A stretch of DNA of 64,000 nucleotides. Source: a virus. The notes under the pieces were generated by a model. That model was not told the DNA's origin and did not search any database. It saw nothing but the letters and a program-made list of their open reading frames with translations. Shown here one piece after another: positions 27,941-37,458 of the stretch. Numbering within the stretch: position 1 is the stretch's first letter; the number at the start of each line of letters is the position of its first letter. The translations under genes and the position numbers were made by a program. The stretch is taken from IMG/VR virus record IMGVR_UViG_3300036893_000044, positions 6,192-70,191 of that record; one strand, given 5' to 3'.

Positions 27941-30900
27941 ATGTCCGTCGATACTTCCTATAAACCCGTAGAGTACATTTATATTGATCACGGCCTGATC
28001 TCCCGTGATGTCGAAGATCAGTGCCCGCCCGGAACTTACTTGCAAGCAATGAACACGCTTGCCAGAAGCGAAAACGCAATGTCCTCGCGCTACGGCACGC
28101 AGATCATCAACCGCGATGCGCAAGGCAGCGGAACCAGCAATCATTACTTTCCGGCTGCGGTAACATCCCTCTCCCGCCTCAATTATCAATCGAATGCTTG
28201 GCGTTATGCTGGCCTCGGCAATGGCTCGCTCCAGCGCCGCGCAGGCAACACCCAAGGCGCATACACGCAACTGACTCTACCGACAACCTGGACCGGAACC
28301 CAAATCGTTCTCTCCGGACAGCCTTTCGACTCGCTCATAACGAATTGCTTCGAGACTTCTCAGGCGTATCTTTTCATCGCAGATGCCGCGGCGAGCATAA
28401 AAGATGCCGGCACAAGCAATCCGCAACTCTGGGGCATCGACCCATCGCCCTATACGGTCAATGCGCTGCCATACGCTCCACTGCTCATCATGATCGACAG
28501 TTTCGCTACGGCGAACACTTACACGACGGCGAATGTAACTGGATGGGCCTTTGGCGCTATCGAGACGCTGGACGCAAACTCTGGTGCGCTGATAACAGAC
28601 TTTAGTCAGTTTTACGGCGTAGGACCATCCGGCGGCGGGACCACGAATTACAACTTCTCGCCGACGACAGGCACGGTGACCGCAACACAATCTGGCACTG
28701 GCAACAACACGCAGACCTCATCAGCGCAGACGGAACCTACTTCGATTGTCCCAAGCGCAGGCGAAGCGGTCTCGATGACGGTAGTGTGGAACGCTTCGAT
28801 ATCGATAAGTGGCGGGTCCGGCTATGGCGGGTGGGTGATTCAATACAGTCCCGATGGAGGCACTACCTGGCTTCAGATAACATCCGGAACCTCTGGGTCC
28901 AATGTCACTACGCCGACAATCACGTCTAACATCTCAGTCACCGTTCCAAACATCAACCTGCTTCAGGTGCGGGCGCAAGCCTCTTCAGCCGTACCCAGTG
29001 GTGGCGCAACAGTTGTCACCACTGCCAACATCACCAACGCTTACGTGACCGTCAACAATCCCGGCGCATTTGGACCCGTGACGAATGGGATGCTGTCGCT
29101 GCTCAACACCAACACTTCGGTTAATGTCCCGATTGCATCGGTGGCCTCGCAGACTCTCGTCGCTGGCCTCTACACGCAACTTCTGATCACGACTTCGACG
29201 GCGCATGGCTTGTCAGCCGGCGCGCTCATTGCGGTCTACGCGTCATCTTCCGATCTTGTGGACGGATTCTATAAAGTGATTGCGGCACCGACCACGACGA
29301 CTCTTACCGTGGCTTTTACCTCGGCCACGCTGATTGGCGCGACTGGCGGCTATGTGACGGGTGGAGCGGCTGCTCCCTACGCATGCGTTCTGACGGACGA
29401 GTACAGCGCCCCGTATCCATCGCAGATGAGTGCATGGGGATTCTACGAGTGGGTGCCGCCCACGACAACCGCATTTCCAATCTCAGCCTGGGCCGGGAAT
29501 GTTGCGGCGAGTACCAGCGGGACGGTGAGCGCATCGCCCGCCCTCGACCTTAACCAAAACAATCAGGTGACGGACGGCGACTTGATTGTTATCACCCTGT
29601 TGACCTCAAATCCGGCGAACATATCGCAGATTCAACTTCAGTTCTGGGTGGGTAATAGCAATACCGGCAATCCAAGCAATTATTATTCCGCGTTCATCTC
29701 CCCAGCCTATTATCAGGGAGCTTTGAGTGGCAGTACGCTGGCGTACCAGGCAACGCAGAGTCAGATTCTAGCTGACACCCTCAACCTCATTACCGGGCAG
29801 CCGCCGGGGACGACATCGGCTCAACTGCAACCGTCTAATATCTCGACGGGGGCAAGCGCGTGGCAGGCATGCTACATCCCGCGCGGGAACTTCCTTCCTG
29901 TGGGTCAAGCGGGACAAGCGGGCCTCGACTGGGCAAACGTTACCGGTTGGACGCTGACCGTCACGACGAATGCGAATGTCGGCGGCGTGTCGTTCTCCGT
30001 CAACGGCCTCTACCTGCAATGGGGGTACGGACCGAGCTCTTTCGCTGGCGTAGGCTACGACTGGCGGCAAACCTACTACAACGCCAACACTGGCACTGAA
30101 TCAAATCCAACGCCCGCTCAGGAGTTCAACGAAGATTACGGGTATCTGGCCTCAACATCTGCGCCGATCTTCCTGCGGCAAGCTGCGCAGTGCGTGGGCT
30201 ACTATTCGCCGGACCCCCAGGTGACACACGTTCGCTTCTATCGCAGAGGTGGAACTCTCAGTGCGAACTGGGTGCAGGTCGGGCAGATTCCGAATATTAC
30301 CGGCACCGGCCAGGTAGTGTTCAAGGACGTGATTGCGGATGCGTACATAGAGCAGGCGCAGATTCTGGTTTTGGACAATGATCCGCCCGTCACTTCGTCG
30401 CTCATCAATCCGATTCAGACGACGCTATCTGCGGCAACTTCGCCTCCCGGGTCTTCGATCTATTCGACCTTCGCTCCGCAGACCGTGACCGTGGCGCAAT
30501 CCGGCGCAGTCTTCGTCCCCAATCAACTTGTGGTGGTCGGCAACCCGTCAAACCTCGAGATCGTTTCGGTGATTGCAGGTGGAACAGGAACATTCTCGGC
30601 CGTCATTCGCCTGCAACACAACGTCGGTGAGCCAGTCAACGTCTATGCCGTGCCGCGGCAGCCGTGTAACCTCTGCGCGTTTGCTTATAACCAGGCATGG
30701 CTGGCCGGCGACCCGAACAATCCGCACTACCTCTACTATTCGAAGAAAGGCCTGCCGGAGAACTTCGGGCCTCAGAATTACATCCCGGTATCGACTCCCG
30801 ATGATCCGATCAATGCTGTCATCAATTGGCGCGGGACTTTGATCGTCGGCACTTTGAAGTCGTGGTGGATCATTGTCGGTGGCGCATCGCCATACGCGCA

Positions 30901-32050
30901 GCCGACAGGCTCTGTGCACGGCATCGTCGCACAGCAAGGATGGATTGAGGTGGAAGGTGCGATCTGGTACGCGGCTGCGGACGGTTTGCGCGAGTTCTCA
31001 GGCGCGGATGGCGCATACAAGACGCTTCCCGTCGAGTGGATCTTCCGTGGCAATCCGGAATGTCTGCCGCCGCAAGCAGACCCGACGCAGTTTTCGCAGA
31101 CGATCATGGCGTACTACAACAACGTGGTCTTCTCAAGCTATGTGAGCCTCAATGCGGGCCAGCGGTACAGGCTAAATTACGACACTCAGTATCAGCGGTA
31201 CCGGAACGACGACGTTCCCGCCACCGCAATGCTTTGGGAGAAAGACATCAACACCTTGCTCGTCGGCAAGCAAATCGGCGCAGGCCAGTACGCTGTGGTT
31301 CAGGATCAGGTAGGCGATTATGATGACGGCGGCTGGGTGTCCGGCGCTTTAGTCCAGACGCCGATAAATCTGACGATTCAGCATCCGTATCGCGATCTTG
31401 GAAAGCCGCACGACAAAAAGCAATTCAATATGCTGGAGACGGATTGCAACACGCAAAACCAAATCCTAAATACGACGCTCTTATTTGAAGACGGATTCAT
31501 ATCTGTTCCGCTGGCAACTATCAACACAGGTACAAGTCGGCGCAAGGCTGAGTCGATTGTCACCGGTGCAAGTGATCCCGAAGGCGGAGGGCAAGAGGCA
31601 TATCGTGTTTCAATCCTGCATACAATGGCCGTGACCGTGGCGCCGACACTCTTCCAGGAGGAGTTAGGCGTAGCTTTGCTGCCGGGAGAGCAGGTGAGTT
31701 TCGACACCTACTGGCAAAAGTGCGGAACCGATCAATCGAAATTTTTCAAACAGGTTTACCTCGATTATACTTCGCCGGTTGCGATCACTTGTTCTGTTTA
31801 TGCAGATGGAAGCGTAACGCCGTATTTCACATTTACGCTCCCGGCGCTGGCAAACCGCGCCATTATCCGTGTTCGCATGGGTAATGTTAATTCCGGTACA
31901 ACCGCTTTCACGATGCGGACCTGGCGACTGATTATACTCACGACAAGCACAGCCGACCCGTTGCAAGGATTCAAACTTTGGCAGAAACCAAGAGTCGAAT
32001 GGAAACCTATAGGAAACAATAGTTACCAGATCAAAGAGTTGGAGGTGTAG
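27941..32050 (+). CDS. Tail tubular/stabilisation (nozzle) protein
   Basis: 1369 aa beta-rich; propeller-like LYYSK..PENF, GTLIV; position before ejection genes. Confidence 0.7.
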   Translation: MSVDTSYKPVEYIYIDHGLISRDVEDQCPPGTYLQAMNTLARSENAMSSRYGTQIINRDAQGSGTSNHYFPAAVTSLSRLNYQSNAWRYAGLGNGSLQRRAGNTQGAYTQLTLPTTWTGTQIVLSGQPFDSLITNCFETSQAYLFIADAAASIKDAGTSNPQLWGIDPSPYTVNALPYAPLLIMIDSFATANTYTTANVTGWAFGAIETLDANSGALITDFSQFYGVGPSGGGTTNYNFSPTTGTVTATQSGTGNNTQTSSAQTEPTSIVPSAGEAVSMTVVWNASISISGGSGYGGWVIQYSPDGGTTWLQITSGTSGSNVTTPTITSNISVTVPNINLLQVRAQASSAVPSGGATVVTTANITNAYVTVNNPGAFGPVTNGMLSLLNTNTSVNVPIASVASQTLVAGLYTQLLITTSTAHGLSAGALIAVYASSSDLVDGFYKVIAAPTTTTLTVAFTSATLIGATGGYVTGGAAAPYACVLTDEYSAPYPSQMSAWGFYEWVPPTTTAFPISAWAGNVAASTSGTVSASPALDLNQNNQVTDGDLIVITLLTSNPANISQIQLQFWVGNSNTGNPSNYYSAFISPAYYQGALSGSTLAYQATQSQILADTLNLITGQPPGTTSAQLQPSNISTGASAWQACYIPRGNFLPVGQAGQAGLDWANVTGWTLTVTTNANVGGVSFSVNGLYLQWGYGPSSFAGVGYDWRQTYYNANTGTESNPTPAQEFNEDYGYLASTSAPIFLRQAAQCVGYYSPDPQVTHVRFYRRGGTLSANWVQVGQIPNITGTGQVVFKDVIADAYIEQAQILVLDNDPPVTSSLINPIQTTLSAATSPPGSSIYSTFAPQTVTVAQSGAVFVPNQLVVVGNPSNLEIVSVIAGGTGTFSAVIRLQHNVGEPVNVYAVPRQPCNLCAFAYNQAWLAGDPNNPHYLYYSKKGLPENFGPQNYIPVSTPDDPINAVINWRGTLIVGTLKSWWIIVGGASPYAQPTGSVHGIVAQQGWIEVEGAIWYAAADGLREFSGADGAYKTLPVEWIFRGNPECLPPQADPTQFSQTIMAYYNNVVFSSYVSLNAGQRYRLNYDTQYQRYRNDDVPATAMLWEKDINTLLVGKQIGAGQYAVVQDQVGDYDDGGWVSGALVQTPINLTIQHPYRDLGKPHDKKQFNMLETDCNTQNQILNTTLLFEDGFISVPLATINTGTSRRKAESIVTGASDPEGGGQEAYRVSILHTMAVTVAPTLFQEELGVALLPGEQVSFDTYWQKCGTDQSKFFKQVYLDYTSPVAITCSVYADGSVTPYFTFTLPALANRAIIRVRMGNVNSGTTAFTMRTWRLIILTTSTADPLQGFKLWQKPRVEWKPIGNNSYQIKELEV

Positions 32051-32052
32051 TA

Positions 32053-32271
32053 GTGGCGTTCAAACGGTGCGAAGGACTCGATAGGGCGCGTAAAGAGTGC
32101 CGCTCGCGAAACAACAAAGCAGTTTGGATGGTCGATGGAAAGCTCTTTTGCGGTAGCTGCTTTGAGCACTACCTGGAAACTCATTCCATCGACGAGGCCA
32201 GAATTCATCGGCTCTCAGATCGCGAAGTTGATTTCTCGGAGACAGCCAGGCAATACACAGCGAGAGCGTGA
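32053..32271 (+). CDS. Small Zn-finger protein
   Basis: GGAGG RBS; C..C..FCGSC. Confidence 0.55.
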   Translation: MAFKRCEGLDRARKECRSRNNKAVWMVDGKLFCGSCFEHYLETHSIDEARIHRLSDREVDFSETARQYTARA

Positions 32272-32991
32272 CTATACAACGCAAGCGAATTCGCCGAAGT
32301 ATTTGCGAGCCGCAGCACAATATGCAGCGTAGGCTAATTCCGCCGTGGCGAACAATCCGAGGTACAGATATTTACCATCCACCCTAATTCTCGCAGTCCA
32401 TTTTCTTGATCCCTTAGACCATGAAACGCCCTTATATCCACTGGTATTATTCTTCTGCTTACGGCGATTCTGTTGCTGCTGGGTGCGATTAGCAAGACGC
32501 AAATTACTGTCACGATTATCCAGTGTTCTCCATGGTTTCTTGTGGTCCCCTTTACGTGGATCGCCAGCTTTTAATCCAAGGATTTGGCGATGCATGGAAA
32601 TTGTTCCGCGCATCCCATCCTCTCTTGGATTCAGATTACGTACTGCATAAAACCCCTTTACGCTCTCACACCAAACAGCGCACCACTTCCACTGCATTAA
32701 GTAGGTATAGCGATGAGCACTGACAATAGCCCACTGGCCATTCATTAAAGGGATGAATCGCGCTCCTCTGATGAGCGTCGGACGCTCGCTTTCGGATGGC
32801 CTGATGCCCGATTTGTGGCCACATAGAAACTTATATGGCTCACCTGCCCAAAACCCATTTGTTCTATCTGTGCAACGTGAAATGTTTGTCTTTTTCCCGC
32901 ACCGGCAATGGCAGTAGCCATACGGAATATCGCAGGCGGGATCGCCACAGATGCAACCGTTTAGTGTTACAGTGATTTTGCGAGGGGTCAT
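32272..32991 (-). CDS. HNH-AP2 homing endonuclease 3
   Basis: CICGDPACDIPYGYCHCRCG, MHRQI, DH..TLDNR.SNLR, NTSGYKGV, AP2 tail YFGEFA. Confidence 0.9.
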   Translation of the reverse strand: MTPRKITVTLNGCICGDPACDIPYGYCHCRCGKKTNISRCTDRTNGFWAGEPYKFLCGHKSGIRPSESERPTLIRGARFIPLMNGQWAIVSAHRYTYLMQWKWCAVWCESVKGFYAVRNLNPREDGMRGTISMHRQILGLKAGDPRKGDHKKPWRTLDNRDSNLRLANRTQQQQNRRKQKNNTSGYKGVSWSKGSRKWTARIRVDGKYLYLGLFATAELAYAAYCAAARKYFGEFACVV

Positions 32992-33053
32992 GGTCGTTCC
33001 TCCAGAACGATTAGGCTTGCCAGGCGCTTCCAACGCCCGACCCCTCTAGTATA
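32982..33053 (-). promoter_or_regulatory. -10 box plus three-way-junction leader (copy 3)
   Basis: TATACT; GAGGGGTC/GACCCCTC; CGGGCG/CGCCTG; TCGTTC/GAACGA. Confidence 0.75.
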
Positions 33054-33066
33054 TCAAAATTTCCTG

Positions 33067-33110
33067 TTGCAGAAACGGCGGTTGCAAGCGTATTCTTTGT
33101 TGCAAGCGTG
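33067..33110 (+). promoter_or_regulatory. Promoter with two TTGCAAGCGT operator copies
   Basis: TTGCAG-18-TATTCT; motif at 33081 and 33099. Confidence 0.6.
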
Positions 33111-33413
33111 ACTACGCTAAGACGAGGGAACAAATTGGAAGTCAAGAACCTTGAACTCGCATCAATCTCTTTCAGCGAAGCCCCCACCAAATCACAGATC
33201 GTCAATATGCTCAGGGATATTCACAAGTTCCTCGGCAGGGTTGGCGGCGCACTCATTCTCGACGAGAGTTATTCGATTGCCGATCCGCCGCTCGGTGCCA
33301 TGCTGAATGCGTCCATCCAGTTGAAGGCGAGCGCGGATCAATTCGAGCAAGGGCCGAATGCGGCCGGCCTCGCAGTTCCGCAGGGTGGACCCCAGGTTGT
33401 CGGACGGCGGTAG
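33108..33413 (+). CDS. Hypothetical protein
   Basis: ORF after promoter; start uncertain. Confidence 0.55.
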   Translation: MTTLRRGNKLEVKNLELASISFSEAPTKSQIVNMLRDIHKFLGRVGGALILDESYSIADPPLGAMLNASIQLKASADQFEQGPNAAGLAVPQGGPQVVGRR

Positions 33414-33643
33414 TGGAATCGCTGATCCTCAAACCACGCACCGTTGGCATCTCGCACCTTGCCCGTCTCCAGTTGGAATTCCCTAAATACGCAGATGCAC
33501 CTTTGGAATTCTGGAGAAGTCTTCATCAGGAGGCGGTCAAGGCGCATCGCACCATCGACGAACAACTCATGCTGGCGACCGGCGGCGATCTGGTTGCCAT
33601 GAAGGAAAGGAAATTGAAATGCTCATCATCCAAGCCGCAGTAG
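33413..33643 (+). CDS. Hypothetical protein
   Basis: Coupled ORF. Confidence 0.5.
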   Translation: MESLILKPRTVGISHLARLQLEFPKYADAPLEFWRSLHQEAVKAHRTIDEQLMLATGGDLVAMKERKLKCSSSKPQ

Positions 33644-34059
33644 CCCTTCCGTTTCTCCTCTGGATCATCTTCCGCCTCGGTCTGCCCTCCGGTGCCTACG
33701 GAATGGACCCGTGCGGCAAGGGGACTTTCTTCCCTCACCTGATTCTGTACTCCGTCTTCGGCTACATCCAGGTTCTGCTCGGCATCTTCGGCGCGACCTG
33801 GGCCTATGACTTCTCGCCGAATCTCTGGCCTGCGGCGATGTTCCTGCTTGCGGCGATCAATGCGCTGCTGTTCTGCGGAGTGCTGGCGTTCTTCTACGAG
33901 AGTTTTATGACGGATAGCTATCCGGGTGGATTATCCGTTAATCTCAAAATCTCCAACTACACCGTCGGCAAATGCTCGCTGGTGCTGGCCTTGGGCTTCT
34001 CGTCGATCGTTCTGCTGATTGGCGGGGCGGCTTGGACGGCGATGGGGATTGCAAGATGA
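33619..34059 (+). CDS. Four-TM membrane protein
   Basis: Four hydrophobic segments; AAGGAAAGG RBS. Confidence 0.65.
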   Translation: MLIIQAAVALPFLLWIIFRLGLPSGAYGMDPCGKGTFFPHLILYSVFGYIQVLLGIFGATWAYDFSPNLWPAAMFLLAAINALLFCGVLAFFYESFMTDSYPGGLSVNLKISNYTVGKCSLVLALGFSSIVLLIGGAAWTAMGIAR

Positions 34060-34262
34060 GCAGACCGCACAACATTCGCGCTCCGCTTAATCTCCGCGAT
34101 CATCCGCGCTGTTATCTATGCGGTGGTCCTTGGAAGTTAGAGGACGACTACAAAGCGACTCCGAGAGCAACCTTCAAAGTGGTCAGTTGCCAGCGATGCG
34201 AATTTACAACCGCTGCTGTATATGATGAAGTAGTTTGGGATGCGAGGACGTGGCCGCGATGA
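34056..34262 (+). CDS. Zn-ribbon protein
   Basis: CYLCGG..SCQRCEF; ATGA coupling. Confidence 0.5.
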   Translation: MSRPHNIRAPLNLRDHPRCYLCGGPWKLEDDYKATPRATFKVVSCQRCEFTTAAVYDEVVWDARTWPR

Positions 34263-34603
34263 CGATAGAGTTACAGGCCATCGACGAAGTTATGAGTTTG
34301 AATGGGAAGCCATACAAGATTCGCTGGCCTCGTGGTGTCTTTCGTTTCAAGCGTGGCGAGAAGGTCTGGGTGCGTGATCGTTGCCATGGCAAGGCTCCGC
34401 TGAGCAATGTTCGCGGCGGCTTTACAATCGTCGAGGCGCGAGTCCGCGAACGGCATTATCACCCCGGTAGGACTCCCGCATATCCAAATGGTGAAGGGTA
34501 TGCTCTTGACGGCGAACTTTGGTGGGACTGCTATCCCGGCTGCCGAGTGTTCAAGACGAGAGAACAGGCTCTGGCGGCCAGAATGTCGAAGGTGGGAAAA
34601 TGA
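34259..34603 (+). CDS. Hypothetical protein
   Basis: FK.GEKVW..VFKTREQAL; coupled. Confidence 0.55.
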   Translation: MTIELQAIDEVMSLNGKPYKIRWPRGVFRFKRGEKVWVRDRCHGKAPLSNVRGGFTIVEARVRERHYHPGRTPAYPNGEGYALDGELWWDCYPGCRVFKTREQALAARMSKVGK

Positions 34604-35088
34604 CGACGATCACCGACATGCGCACCTCCATCGACTCCATCAAAGCCGAACTCGGCAAAGGTGAGGTTGTCACTCGTGGCCGCCAGACTGGCAAGACGAC
34701 GGCGCTGCTAGAGTTCGTGCGCGGGAATGATCCCGGCAATATGATTATCGTCACATGCCATGAGAACGCGAGGCAGTTTTTAGAGCGCCGCTATCGCGAA
34801 ATGTATCCCGGCGACTACCGTCCAACATTCGCCTCCCTTCATAGAGTGAATTCTCAAGATGTTCGAGGTACTCGTCGTCGCTGGGCTACTGATGAGGTTT
34901 GGCCGCGCTCGGTGGTGAATCGGGTTCGCGATTATGAATTCGCGGAGTTTGTTGGTGGCGTCGGAACTCCGATGTGCATGGAGGATTTCAGCGGAGTTTA
35001 CTTGACTGGCGAGGATCATGAGAGGCCCGAGTCTCCTAAGCCGGTGTTCATGCAGGTGAGCGACAAGCTACGAAAGAAGAAGCCATGA
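34600..35088 (+). CDS. Miniature terminase-type ATPase domain protein
   Basis: RGRQTGKTT Walker A, VRG...WATDEV Walker B, GTP coupling-motif equivalent; 162 aa. Confidence 0.7.
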   Translation: MTTITDMRTSIDSIKAELGKGEVVTRGRQTGKTTALLEFVRGNDPGNMIIVTCHENARQFLERRYREMYPGDYRPTFASLHRVNSQDVRGTRRRWATDEVWPRSVVNRVRDYEFAEFVGGVGTPMCMEDFSGVYLTGEDHERPESPKPVFMQVSDKLRKKKP

Positions 35089-35315
35089 GCAGTCCCTACT
35101 GGCACGGTCTTCCGCCATTCGTCGAGTTCCACGTCGAGCCTGCGCCGTGGCTAATGGATTCGATTCGCTTTAGTCTCGAATATCAACTAGCTCATCCGCG
35201 CCCGATGATGCCCTACCAAGATCCGAAGGCACAATACGCATGGTGGGATGGAAGTTGTCTTTGCACGGCCCTGGTCAAGGAAGGTCCGAAGGCGATGGTG
35301 GTGTATGGCAAATAG
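35085..35315 (+). CDS. Small protein resembling a portal fragment
   Basis: PYWHGLPPF...PW vs portal PYWHGMFPF...PW; ATGA-coupled to mini-ATPase. Confidence 0.6.
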   Translation: MSSPYWHGLPPFVEFHVEPAPWLMDSIRFSLEYQLAHPRPMMPYQDPKAQYAWWDGSCLCTALVKEGPKAMVVYGK

Positions 35316-35619
35316 TTGGCTGAAGACGGACTGCCTTGCGCTGAAGATACAGCACCCGAATTATCTGGAAGAGGACCACCTGATGCTTACAGGATTGCGC
35401 TCAGACTACCGCATGTATTATGCGATTGTCGCGATCCCATCAAACCTCGAAGCGCGCGAAGAGGCATATAAGGCGCTTAGGGCTAAGTTTGCCACCTACA
35501 TTGATGCTCCAGTGGAATCGGTCGAAGTTACCATCAAAGACTATGATTTTCTCGTAGAGGATACGCTCAAGACCCGCAGTGGAATTCGGCTGGATAAGTT
35601 CCCGTGGAGCGGCAAGTGA
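35305..35619 (+). CDS. Hypothetical protein
   Basis: Overlapping ORF in operon. Confidence 0.55.
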   Translation: MANSWLKTDCLALKIQHPNYLEEDHLMLTGLRSDYRMYYAIVAIPSNLEAREEAYKALRAKFATYIDAPVESVEVTIKDYDFLVEDTLKTRSGIRLDKFPWSGK

Positions 35620-36395
35620 CCGAAGAAATCGACGTACTCGCCGCGCTCCAAGAAGACGCCTACAAATGGGGCGACCTCCAGGTTCTGCGCTACGTGAAGA
35701 CCGAATTCCCCGATGATTTCCTCGCGCATCTCTATCATCGTTGCCGGGAGTCCAAGCGCCGGTCTGGAGATGGCATTCTGACGCAATTGTTCGGCGGCAA
35801 CCCAGCCTCGGACTTCAATTCCATCGTCACTTATCTCGCGCAGCGGCCGGTTCTGCTGATCCTCGGAAAATGGGTAGACGAGAAGTTTGTCGAGCTCGGC
35901 TTCGCATTCTCGACTGTTTCGATGGGCGGGCCGAATACGGAGCATTCTTTGATCGTCGGGTACGGGTTTTTCCGCGAAGCCTGGTCAACAGACGACCAAG
36001 CAATTCTGACCATGTTGGGGCTGGCGTATTTCTTCAAGGAGTTCGACCTGCGAGCGATCATCGGAAACAGATACCCCGACAACATCCTCACCGCAAAGTT
36101 TATGGCCCGGTTTGGCTTCAACGACTGCGGCCAGATCCCCTGCTTCCAGTTGCGCGGGACTAAACTGGTTCCGATGGTGGTCTCGGCGCTGTTGAGGGCG
36201 GATTTTGAGGAAGTGGTCAGTGAGTTCCTGGTGAATGAGTGGCGGAAGGCGCAGGTGCCGGCAGCGTCAGAAGATCAAACTGGTGGCTACACTTGGGATT
36301 CCGAATCAGGCAAGGTCGAGAAGTTGACCATCACGGAAGTTGAGCCTGAGCTGGCGAAGGAAGAGCAGCCGTATTTGCCGTTGAATTGGATGTGA
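35616..36395 (+). CDS. GNAT-like acetyltransferase
   Basis: VGYGFFREAW..F..FDLRAIIG...N..T.KFM.RFGF; position before ejection genes as in podoviruses. Confidence 0.65.
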   Translation: MTEEIDVLAALQEDAYKWGDLQVLRYVKTEFPDDFLAHLYHRCRESKRRSGDGILTQLFGGNPASDFNSIVTYLAQRPVLLILGKWVDEKFVELGFAFSTVSMGGPNTEHSLIVGYGFFREAWSTDDQAILTMLGLAYFFKEFDLRAIIGNRYPDNILTAKFMARFGFNDCGQIPCFQLRGTKLVPMVVSALLRADFEEVVSEFLVNEWRKAQVPAASEDQTGGYTWDSESGKVEKLTITEVEPELAKEEQPYLPLNWM

Positions 36396-36397
36396 GT

Positions 36398-36664
36398 ATG
36401 ACCGAACCCATCCAATCCGAGCGTAGCGTAGCAATAGAGAACATGCTGCGGGATATGTGTGGAGTTCCCCGTAAAGGCCGCGAGCCGGATTACCTCAATG
36501 GCCGCTGGTGCATCAAGTGCCACAATTCGCTGCCGGAGGACTGGGGAGTCAAGCCCTGCGATATCTGCGGAGCGGCGACTGGTTTCCAGGGAAGCCTAGA
36601 CGGGCTGCTTGCCGACACGCCCTGTGAGAGCACCATAATCTACAAAGGCGTCCCCCGCGCCTGA
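36398..36664 (+). CDS. Zn-finger hypothetical protein
   Basis: CIKC..CDICG. Confidence 0.5.
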   Translation: MTEPIQSERSVAIENMLRDMCGVPRKGREPDYLNGRWCIKCHNSLPEDWGVKPCDICGAATGFQGSLDGLLADTPCESTIIYKGVPRA

Positions 36665-36734
36665 ATTTCCCTCCCGCAAACCCCTTCCGTTCCCAGACTT
36701 TCCCGCTATAATCCCCGCGTAGGAGTTCTGCGCC

Positions 36735-37295
36735 ATGGGCAAGTCGTCGGGGTTGAGTCCTCAAGTCGAATCGTCAATCCAAGCCAACGATACGGCGCTT
36801 ACTCAAATTGCGCAGCAAAGCGCAAATCAAAGCTCTCAGCTTTTTCAGGAGTCGAATCCGGGGTTCCAAACTGCCGAGTCACAGTATCAAACTTTGGCAA
36901 GCGGAAACCCGTATGCCATAGCTAAGGCTGTGGCACCTCAAGTACAGCAAATCGCTCAATCTACTGCTGGCGCAAAAGCGAACATCATGAATAACGCACC
37001 TTCAGGTGGTGAGAAGAATCTCGCTCTGGAGCAGGCGGATGTTTCGCAGGGTGCAGAAGTGGGGAAGGTGTCGTCTGGCGCGGTCTCGGGTGCGTACAAC
37101 GCGCTCGCGTCTCTTGCCGGGCAAGGAACCGGCGAAAGCATAGGTGCTGCCGGTACCGGCATTTCCGGCTTCAACTCCGCCAATCAAGGCCTCGGTCAAC
37201 TCGGCAACCTCCAAATCCAGCAGAAAGGCGCGCAACTCGGTGCCCTGACCTCCCTCGGCGGCGATGCAGCTACCTTGGGAGCAGGGTTTCTTTGA
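36735..37295 (+). CDS. Putative ejection (pilot) protein
   Basis: MGKSSG start, Gly/Ala/Gln-rich; AGGAG RBS and TATAAT upstream. Confidence 0.7.
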   Translation: MGKSSGLSPQVESSIQANDTALTQIAQQSANQSSQLFQESNPGFQTAESQYQTLASGNPYAIAKAVAPQVQQIAQSTAGAKANIMNNAPSGGEKNLALEQADVSQGAEVGKVSSGAVSGAYNALASLAGQGTGESIGAAGTGISGFNSANQGLGQLGNLQIQQKGAQLGALTSLGGDAATLGAGFL

Positions 37296-37458
37296 CCCGT
37301 CTAAAGCTCAATCTGGCGGAGTAGACTCGGCTTCGTGGGCCAGCCTCATGCAGAACGGCGCGGTCCAGCCCGCGCAAATCGATTCAAGCAGTTTCTACAC
37401 CCCAGACGCTTCATTGAGTTTGTAAAGGTATGACCCAAAGGACGAGTAGAGGAGGAGC

